Source: Nostoc sp. PCC 7120 = FACHB-418
GTDB taxonomy: Bacteria > Cyanobacteriota > Cyanobacteriia > Cyanobacteriales > Nostocaceae
DNA length: 32,000 bases
Direction: 5' to 3'
Assembly: GCF_000009705.1 (NCBI RefSeq)
Contig: NC_003272.1
Span: 5,850,001 to 5,882,000, forward strand
Shown here: positions 9,210-16,136 of the stretch, in pieces
How positions within the stretch are numbered: the stretch's first letter is position 1
Layout: each line of letters begins with the position of its first letter
The notes under the pieces: generated by a model
Database searches by the model: none
Told to the model about the DNA's origin: nothing
What the model saw: the letters and a program-made list of their open reading frames with translations, nothing else
Translations under genes and position numbers: made by a program

Positions 9210-9776
9210 ATGGTTGCAAGTCCAGACCGGAATTATATGTCTCCTCAAGAATATCTGGAATGGGAAGAACGCCAAGATATTAAATATGAGTATGTCAATG
9301 GTGAAGTTTTCGCCATGACTGGGGGAACTCTTCCTCACACTACTATTGCTTTAAACTTAGCCTCAGCATTAAAAAGCCATGTACGCGGTGGTTCCTGTCG
9401 TGCTTTTATGTCTGACGCGAAAGTAGCAGTATCTGAGGGTATGTCGTTTCATTACCCTGATGTTGTTGTGAGTTGTGATGAAAGAGATAAACAAGCCACT
9501 AAATTTCTTCAGTATCCTTGTCTAATTGTCGAAGTTTTATCTCCAAGTACGGAAGCTTACGACCGAGGTGCTAAATTTAAGCAATATCGCCGCATTCAAA
9601 CCTTAAAAGAATACGTCCTAATTGATGCAGAAAAAATCAATTTAGATTGTTTTCGATTAAATGAAAATGGTATTTGGGAGTTGTATTCTTACGAAGAGGG
9701 AAATGAGGTTTATTTGCAGAGTGTTGATTTTCGCTTTCCCATATCTCTGGTTTATGAGGATGTATTTTTGGGTTAA
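9210..9776 (+). CDS. Uma2 family (DUF820) PD-(D/E)xK endonuclease
   Basis: The N-terminal SPQEYLEWEE...YEYVNGEV opening is typical of Uma2. Nuclease core is YPDVVV ... IVEVLSPST. I chose ATG 9210, which has AAGGAG 6 nt upstream, over the TTG at 9204 used in the track. Confidence 0.85.
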   Translation: MVASPDRNYMSPQEYLEWEERQDIKYEYVNGEVFAMTGGTLPHTTIALNLASALKSHVRGGSCRAFMSDAKVAVSEGMSFHYPDVVVSCDERDKQATKFLQYPCLIVEVLSPSTEAYDRGAKFKQYRRIQTLKEYVLIDAEKINLDCFRLNENGIWELYSYEEGNEVYLQSVDFRFPISLVYEDVFLG

Positions 9777-9841
9777 TTTTTACGCAGAAATGAGGAGAGA
9801 TTGTTAGATTAAAATTATCTGCACTTCTTATTAGGTGGTTG

Positions 9842-10393
9842 ATGAATATCAAAACTGAGGCGAATATTGAAGAATTGTACAGCTTACCTGACAATTGTAA
9901 AGCAGAAATTGTCAATGAAAAATTAGTGTTGATGTCTCCAACTGGATTTTTACCAGGACGTGCTGGGGGTGAAATTTATGCAAGTCTGCGGGACTATGAA
10001 CGTCTGACAAAAAGCGGTTACGCTTTGCCCGATAATGTTGGTTTCTTGATTAATCTTCCTCATCGACGTTCGTTAAGTCCTGATGCTGCGTTTTATCGTG
10101 GACAACCTACAGGCGGAAAGTTTCTGAATGGTGCGCCTGTGTTTGCGGTTGAAGTGAGAAGTGAAAATGATTATGGGGATAAAGCCGAGGAAGAAATGGC
10201 AAAAAAACGTCGTGATTATTTTGCGGCTGGTACTTTGGTAGTGTGGGACGTAGATGTACTCAAAGAGGAAGTGATTAGAGTGTATCGTGCTGACAACCCA
10301 GAACAAACGCAGGTTTATCATCGTGGTGAAGTAGCAGAAGCTGAACCTGCATTACCAGGATGGTTTATGCCAGTAGATAATTTGTTTATGTAG
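9842..10393 (+). CDS. Uma2 family (DUF820) PD-(D/E)xK endonuclease
   Basis: Core motifs SPDAAF ... FAVEVRSEND and an overall Uma2-like layout. I chose ATG 9842 over the TTG at 9839. Confidence 0.85.
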   Translation: MNIKTEANIEELYSLPDNCKAEIVNEKLVLMSPTGFLPGRAGGEIYASLRDYERLTKSGYALPDNVGFLINLPHRRSLSPDAAFYRGQPTGGKFLNGAPVFAVEVRSENDYGDKAEEEMAKKRRDYFAAGTLVVWDVDVLKEEVIRVYRADNPEQTQVYHRGEVAEAEPALPGWFMPVDNLFM

Positions 10394-10501
10394 ACTGTGT
10401 GGGCGTAGACGCAACCCATCGCTCTTTTACTTGGTATAAACATATAAGAGGTAACACGCGTACCCTTCGGTTAAAATAGCAACAAAGTAGATATTCAAGT
10501 C

Positions 10502-10972
10502 ATGGCTGCAAACAGAATCAGGGTTGCTAAAGATAAGGCTGAGTTGGTGAAATCGCTTTTAGCATCAAAAGACACAACCGGGCCTTTTCATACCTATGTA
10601 GAAGTTATGGTATTTGCAGCCGCATTGGGCGTTAAATATAAAAAGCGAGTTCCGCTTGGTGAAACGACTAAAAGGGAACCTTCCCCTATTCCCCAAGAAA
10701 ATTTTGCATCATTAGGACATGAGCTAATCATTAAATTATTAGCCGTCAATGAAACACATGATATAGAAATAATTTCTTCCAGAGAAGAAGAGTATGAAGA
10801 TAAACGTACCGAAATATTTGAAGAATATGCCAACGGAGGACTAGCAATATTAGAAAATGAATTACGTGGTTCCGTTGATTATTCAGAACGGATTCTCTTA
10901 TTTTTAATTTCCGAGAGAGATAATAAAGAAACATTAGAAGAAGAATTTGATTTAAGTAAATTCTTACCCTAA
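10502..10972 (+). CDS. hypothetical 156-aa protein with strongly acidic C-terminal half (possible dnd-associated small protein)
   Basis: Clean ATG ORF, 13 nt upstream of the HNH gene and on the same strand. The C-terminal half is rich in Glu/Asp (EEEYEDKRTEIFEEY, ETLEEEFD). Assignment to a dnd-associated family is only a recollection of such small families and is not verified. Confidence 0.6.
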   Translation: MAANRIRVAKDKAELVKSLLASKDTTGPFHTYVEVMVFAAALGVKYKKRVPLGETTKREPSPIPQENFASLGHELIIKLLAVNETHDIEIISSREEEYEDKRTEIFEEYANGGLAILENELRGSVDYSERILLFLISERDNKETLEEEFDLSKFLP

Positions 10973-10985
10973 TTCAAATTAATAT

Positions 10986-11927
10986 ATGAAAAATCTAGAT
11001 TATTATTGCCAGTCATTTTCTCAGTTAAATGTAAGTAGTACTCGCAAGCGTGGTAATGCTCAATATAAACCAATTTTAGTTTTAACGGTAATTGATTTGA
11101 TTACCCAAGGACTTATTACTGATAATCAAATTCGAGTTTCTGAAGAATTAATTCAAACATTTACTCGTTATTGGAGTATCTTAGGTTCTGAATCTTATAA
11201 AGGTGGTTTACACTATCCGTTCTTTCATTTACAGAGTGATGGGTTTTGGCACTTAGTATTTAAGCCCGAATTTAATGGATTACAACCAAAAACAACTAAT
11301 AAGCTGAAAGAAGCTGTTGAATATGCTTATCTTGATAAAGAACTATTCAATTTTTTACAAGATGAGTCTCCCAGACAAGAATTAATTGATGCACTGGTAA
11401 CAACGTTTTTTCAAGAACAACAGGATGAACTTGAAGAGATGTTACAAATTAATCAATCTTTTCAAGATGCTGACTTAGCTACAGAAACATCATCTGGCTC
11501 AATAAACTTAGACAATAATCCAAAATGGGGTTGTAGAAAAGCAATTATTAGAAATGCTTTTTTCCGAAAAACTATTGTTCGCGTTTATGACTACAAATGT
11601 GCATTTTGTGGTTTAAGAGTGACTAAAGCCATAAATCAAAATATTGTGGATGGCGCACACATCAAACCATTTGCACAATTCTATGACAGTAGAATCCATA
11701 ATGGTATTGCTCTTTGCAAAAATCACCACTGGGCTTTTGATCGTGGTTGGTTTACTGTGGATGAGCAGTATAAAATCATTGTTAGCAAAGAATTACAAGA
11801 AATATCCCCCCACAGTAAACCCATGAAAGATTTTCATGGCGAAAGACTACTCCTACCAAATCAGGAGCAATATTTACCAGAGTTAGAATCCCTGCAATGG
11901 CATCGCCAAAATGTATTTCAAGCGTAG
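10986..11927 (+). CDS. HNH_2-type endonuclease with unassigned ~190-aa N-terminal domain
   Basis: 313 aa. The C-terminal part reads CAFCG ... DGAHIKPF ... NGIALCKNHHWAFDRGWF, the HNH_2 pattern. The N-terminal part has RG-NAQ-YKPILVL and HYPFFHLQSDGFWHL motifs. Confidence 0.85.
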   Translation: MKNLDYYCQSFSQLNVSSTRKRGNAQYKPILVLTVIDLITQGLITDNQIRVSEELIQTFTRYWSILGSESYKGGLHYPFFHLQSDGFWHLVFKPEFNGLQPKTTNKLKEAVEYAYLDKELFNFLQDESPRQELIDALVTTFFQEQQDELEEMLQINQSFQDADLATETSSGSINLDNNPKWGCRKAIIRNAFFRKTIVRVYDYKCAFCGLRVTKAINQNIVDGAHIKPFAQFYDSRIHNGIALCKNHHWAFDRGWFTVDEQYKIIVSKELQEISPHSKPMKDFHGERLLLPNQEQYLPELESLQWHRQNVFQA

Positions 11928-13526
11928 TTACAAGACGGGCGGAAGCCCTACCTCCTTTGGTTCAACTAACTCACCATTAAACCCAATTGTTTTATTTTCT
12001 ACAGTCCTAGCATTAGCCAAAGCTTTACGAAGTTCAGCACGTTCCATAGAATCTTGAATTCCGCCAAGGATATAAATTAATAACTTCGTCGCCAATTCCT
12101 TTCCTGAAACCTGCACTCGCTTTTTATTAGGGTCATACAATACCCCATACCACAGAGATTGGGGGTATTCCATACCAGTAAAACCCCCTTGCTGGTCAAA
12201 CTTGCGTAACTTTTTAAAAATGCTGGCTACAGACAAACCTTTTTTAAAAACTAAAAATCCTAAAGCTTGCGCTAAAGCCACTTGTGCTACAGGACGAAAA
12301 AGTATATTTGCTTCACCACCGCCCTTTTCAAAACTGAAGCGTCTTAAAATAGGTGTATCTTCGTGTTCCAAAATCTTATAACTAGGTAAGCTTGCCAAGT
12401 TATCAAAGAGTTTGGTGAATTCTGCAATTCCCTCCTCAATTTCCTCATCTTCTGGACGCATAGGAATTAAACCTTTCTCAAAAGGTTTCCAGTGTGGGAA
12501 TTTTTGACCCAAGTATCTTTCTGACATATCTTGCAATGCTTGCAAAGTTGTCAAAACTGTGGAATTTGCTGCAACTGTTGCACTATTCCAATTAACGCGG
12601 GGGTTACGATTTGGTTTTTGTTCCAAAAGCGGATGAGTAACTGCAATTTTTCGCGCCACAATTGCAAAACCATCATCTTCGTTTAGCTGTGCTAACTGAC
12701 CTTTAGTTAACGGTGCAGCCATTAAGTTAACATGGACAAAAACTGACCTTACCCTTCGCCTTGCTTCGGTGCGAGTCTCCCCAGCATTCACCGCACAAAT
12801 GAACTCAATACCTATTTTTTCTTTGGGTAAACTTTGTAAATAATCAGGGTCTACTTGATACTGCTCTAGCAAATCTGACACCGTGATAAAACTATCATCA
12901 GCCGTTTTATCCTTTTTGTATCGCTGGAGTTTGCCAGTTTTGATTAACTCTATCAACCCCTGCACTCCCATTAATCGATGTTGTCCATCTAATGCGTAAA
13001 TGCTGACGTTATCCTCAGACACATTGAGCAAGCCGACCTTACCATCTTGATCCAGGGGTGTAAAATCAGTAGTAGACTTTCTCGCACATCCTTCACTATC
13101 CCACTCATCAGCTTTGTGCTTATCTACCCAAGACTGATTAATTACCACTAGGACTGGTGGAAACTTATGATTTTTTCTAGCTGCTAAATACTGAACAAGT
13201 GGCGCTTGACGTGACCAGTCAAGGGGACGCTGTTGGATTTCGTCAATACTATCCGCGTCAATTTCGACGTTATCAGTCTCTGCATTATACTTTTTTTGCA
13301 GCAGAGGTAGACCAGAGGCAAAGTGAACCCTACCTGCAAACCATTCCAGCGTGACAGACCCGATATAAGCCTCTATACCCCCCATCTCGGTTTTTTGAAC
13401 GAGAATTTGGTCTTCTTTCTGTAAAAACTTGTCCAAAAGTAAAGCTAGTACCTGTTTTTCCTTGTCTTCTCGCTCTAAGTAATCTCTAGCAATATCAGCA
13501 GTTGGGTCAGATGCGGTATCTCTCAT
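11928..13526 (-). CDS. dndB: DNA sulfur modification protein DndB (DGQHR domain)
   Basis: 532 aa. QQRPLDWSRQAPLVQYL, then the DGQHR motif at aa 180-184 (YALDGQHRLMG), then VHVNLMAAPLTKGQ. It seems longer than the DndB lengths I recall (from memory, not checked), with an extended C-terminus. Confidence 0.9.
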   Translation of the reverse strand: MRDTASDPTADIARDYLEREDKEKQVLALLLDKFLQKEDQILVQKTEMGGIEAYIGSVTLEWFAGRVHFASGLPLLQKKYNAETDNVEIDADSIDEIQQRPLDWSRQAPLVQYLAARKNHKFPPVLVVINQSWVDKHKADEWDSEGCARKSTTDFTPLDQDGKVGLLNVSEDNVSIYALDGQHRLMGVQGLIELIKTGKLQRYKKDKTADDSFITVSDLLEQYQVDPDYLQSLPKEKIGIEFICAVNAGETRTEARRRVRSVFVHVNLMAAPLTKGQLAQLNEDDGFAIVARKIAVTHPLLEQKPNRNPRVNWNSATVAANSTVLTTLQALQDMSERYLGQKFPHWKPFEKGLIPMRPEDEEIEEGIAEFTKLFDNLASLPSYKILEHEDTPILRRFSFEKGGGEANILFRPVAQVALAQALGFLVFKKGLSVASIFKKLRKFDQQGGFTGMEYPQSLWYGVLYDPNKKRVQVSGKELATKLLIYILGGIQDSMERAELRKALANARTVENKTIGFNGELVEPKEVGLPPVL

Positions 13527-13531
13527 ATTAA

Positions 13532-13613
13532 TTTTTAAAAACTTAGTCTTGTAGTGTAGCTATATTTTCCAAAAAGTTAGATACTAGTTAATCAGTTTTT
13601 AAAAACTTTTTGG
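13532..13613. promoter_or_regulatory. repeated dyad elements in the dndB-dndC divergent promoter region
   Basis: TTTTTAAAAACT occurs at 13532-13543 and again inside the perfect 14-bp palindrome AGTTTTTAAAAACT at 13594-13607. There is also an inverted repeat CCAAAAAGTT (13569-13578) / AACTTTTTGG (13604-13613). Function as an operator is inferred only. Confidence 0.4.
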
Positions 13614-13683
13614 CAACCCGCGCATTCCATTCGTTGGGTCAGAAAAAACGCGGTAACGCCCGAATGTTCACAGGTAGGAAGCA

Positions 13684-15372
13684 ATGAGTACAACACAACA
13701 GCCAGAAAATAAAGGTCAGCAAAAACGTACTGTAGCAGAGTTAGTGGAGTATATCCAAGCTCTGACTACTGAAATTCAAGAATTGTATTGTTTAGATGCG
13801 ATACCTTGGGTTGTTGGTTATTCAGGTGGAAAAGACAGCACTGCTACTTTACAGCTCGTTTGGAATGCCATATCATCTCTACCGCCAGAAAGGCGGAACA
13901 AAACAATATACGTTATCACCACAGATACCCTAGTAGAGAATCCTATTGTTGCTACTTGGGTACGAAATTCTCTCAAAGAAATGACTGTGGCTGCTAAAAA
14001 ACAAGGAATGCCAGTTGAACCCCATTTACTACAGCCAGAGATAAAAGAAACTTTCTGGGTGAGCTTGATTGGTAAAGGTTATCCAGCGCCAAAAGGAAAA
14101 TTTCGTTGGTGTACAGACCGCCTAAAAATTCATCCCTCTAACCGATTTATTCGTGATGTAGTCAGAGCCAAAGGGGAAGTCATTCTTGTTTTAGGTACGC
14201 GCAAAAATGAAAGTGTAAAACGTGCTATCTCGATGGAAAAACATCAAGCAGGCAGTCTCAGGGAACGTCTCAATTCTAATTTAATTTCATCTAAATCCTT
14301 ACTATACAATAGCGCCAGCCTACCAAATTCTTTTATTTATAGTCCTCTAGAAGATTGGCGTACAGATGAAGTTTGGATTTATCTTAATCAGTGGCAAAAT
14401 CCTTGGGGTTACAACAATAAAGATTTATTTTCTATGTATAGAGGAGCAACAGCCGATAATGAATGCCCCTTAGTTGTTGATACTTCTACCCCTAGTTGTG
14501 GCGATTCTCGGTTTGGATGCTGGGTTTGTACAATTGTTAATAAAGATAAATCGATGGAGGCGATGATTCAGAATGATGAAGAAAAAGAATGGATGCAGCC
14601 TCTATTAGATATCCGTAATGAATTAGATAATGAGAATGACCAAGATAAAAGAGACTTTCGCCGTCTTCGCGGGGAGGTTCAACTAGTTGAGCGCCATAAG
14701 GATGGAGAAACTCGCGTTGAGCCAATTTATGGGCCTTATACTAAAGATTCGCGCGAATATTGGTTAAAACGATTATTAGAAGCACAAACCTACATTCGCC
14801 GCACAGCACCAGAAAATATGCGCGATATTACTTTGATATCTCTAGAAGAACTGAGCGAAATTCGCCGTATTTGGTTAGAAGAAAAACACGAATTTGATGA
14901 CAGCTTACCCCGCATTTATCAAGAGATAACTGGTGAAGAATTCAAAGACCCGCGTCCTGGTGCAGACCTGAGTTTACTAGGTAGCGATGAATGGTCTGTA
15001 TTAGAAGAAATCTGTGCAGGTGATGGTATGCACCTGGAACTGATGGCGAAACTTTTGGACACAGAACGCCAGTATCGGAAAATGTCTCGTCGTGTGGGAA
15101 TCTACGAAACTTTAGAAAAATGTTTTGCTACCAGTTCTCGTTCTAAGGATGAAGCAGTTAAAAATGCTCATTTAAAACGAGATTTGAAAACAGCAGTTGA
15201 ACAAGGTGATATTGAAAAAGTCAAGCAGTTAACTTTAGCAGACTTTAGCGCGCCTGATTTAATGACAAACGCACCTAATACACCAAGTGATGAAACCAGT
15301 ACCACAAAATCAGGTGCTAAGGCGAAAGCTTGGGCAAATAAGAAATTCAAAAATAAAGAGACAAAGCCTTAA
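13684..15372 (+). CDS. dndC: DNA phosphorothioation sulfurtransferase DndC (PAPS-reductase/PP-loop ATPase fold)
   Basis: 562 aa. PP-loop GYSGGKDST, KFRWCTDRLK, and the Cys cluster PSCGDSRFGCWVCT. The C-terminal tail is Lys-rich. Confidence 0.93.
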   Translation: MSTTQQPENKGQQKRTVAELVEYIQALTTEIQELYCLDAIPWVVGYSGGKDSTATLQLVWNAISSLPPERRNKTIYVITTDTLVENPIVATWVRNSLKEMTVAAKKQGMPVEPHLLQPEIKETFWVSLIGKGYPAPKGKFRWCTDRLKIHPSNRFIRDVVRAKGEVILVLGTRKNESVKRAISMEKHQAGSLRERLNSNLISSKSLLYNSASLPNSFIYSPLEDWRTDEVWIYLNQWQNPWGYNNKDLFSMYRGATADNECPLVVDTSTPSCGDSRFGCWVCTIVNKDKSMEAMIQNDEEKEWMQPLLDIRNELDNENDQDKRDFRRLRGEVQLVERHKDGETRVEPIYGPYTKDSREYWLKRLLEAQTYIRRTAPENMRDITLISLEELSEIRRIWLEEKHEFDDSLPRIYQEITGEEFKDPRPGADLSLLGSDEWSVLEEICAGDGMHLELMAKLLDTERQYRKMSRRVGIYETLEKCFATSSRSKDEAVKNAHLKRDLKTAVEQGDIEKVKQLTLADFSAPDLMTNAPNTPSDETSTTKSGAKAKAWANKKFKNKETKP

Positions 15373-15611
15373 GCTGGTTCATCGTCGTCACCATCTCCCA
15401 AGTACAACCTGATAAACTCCTCTGCTGCGGCTGGATTAATTTTCTTCAGCGCATCCCGAATTTCCAGCACTGCATCAGCTACAGGGTCCATTATCTCATT
15501 TACCCAACGATGAACATTGGAGCGCCCAGTTCCCATTGTTACCGCTAACTTGTTTTGGCTGATGCCGTAGATTTCTAACACCTGTTTCAGCGCCTTTCCT
15601 GCTTTTCCCAT
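15369..15611 (-). CDS. XRE-family helix-turn-helix transcriptional regulator (80 aa)
   Basis: ISQNKLAVTMGTGRSNVHRWVN is a classic HTH_3 pattern. Its stop codon overlaps the dndC stop within TTAA (15369-15372). Confidence 0.8.
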   Translation of the reverse strand: MGKAGKALKQVLEIYGISQNKLAVTMGTGRSNVHRWVNEIMDPVADAVLEIRDALKKINPAAAEEFIRLYLGDGDDDEPA

Positions 15612-15650
15612 GCCTCTGATTGTGTCAAAGGCCTATGACTAAGTAAATGT

Positions 15651-15700
15651 GCCGTATAAGCGACAAAAGGTGTAATATACTTATGTCCCTTATAAGGGAC
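15651..15700. promoter_or_regulatory. candidate operator pair between the XRE gene and orf84
   Basis: Perfect 16-bp palindrome GTCCCTTATAAGGGAC (15685-15700), plus a related copy GCCGTATAAGCGAC (15651-15664). Both lie in the 123-bp divergent intergenic region. Confidence 0.45.
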
Positions 15701-15734
15701 AATACGTTTTATTTAGGAAAACATCTGAATCCCA

Positions 15735-15989
15735 ATGACTAAAAGCTTCTTGGCAGATACCTTTCTAACTCCTACACCCCTTGTTTCATCGGATGAATCA
15801 ACAGAAACGACACCAGCCAGAGAGTCTGTAAAAGTAGTAATTTTCGGAACCAAAACAGGTGTCAACAACACAATTCTCACACTCTACAAACTGGGTTTTG
15901 CTCAAGTTAACGAATGGAGTCCTTTGTTACCTAGTTCTAACCCTGGTGAAGTGATGAGTATATTAACAAGGCATATTGCGATGACTTAA
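15735..15989 (+). CDS. hypothetical 84-aa protein
   Basis: ATG ORF divergent from the XRE gene and co-directional with dndD. No motif recognised. Confidence 0.5.
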   Translation: MTKSFLADTFLTPTPLVSSDESTETTPARESVKVVIFGTKTGVNNTILTLYKLGFAQVNEWSPLLPSSNPGEVMSILTRHIAMT

Positions 15990-16136
15990 CTTAAAAAGTG
16001 GTAACGTGGGCAATGCCAACCTAACCTTACTTCTCTGTGTTTCCGTGGTGAAAATGATTTCTAACCTACAGAGATACAGAGATAAAAATTGCAGTTATAC
16101 ATACTAAACCCATCACTGTGGGTTGAACATAAATTA

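Noticed and set aside
9105-9338. 77-aa minus-strand ORF
   Set aside because: It overlaps the 5' end of the first Uma2 gene in antisense, has no motifs, and has odd composition.
16089-16136. TTG-initiated N-terminal extension of dndD given in the ORF track
   Set aside because: The extension (MQLYILNPSLWVEHKL) precedes an ATG that yields the canonical DndD N-terminus (MIFLELVLQNFGPYSG). The small hairpin AACCCA-N6-TGGGTT (16107-16124) and the tandem ACAGAGAT x2 nearby look like 5' UTR features rather than coding sequence.
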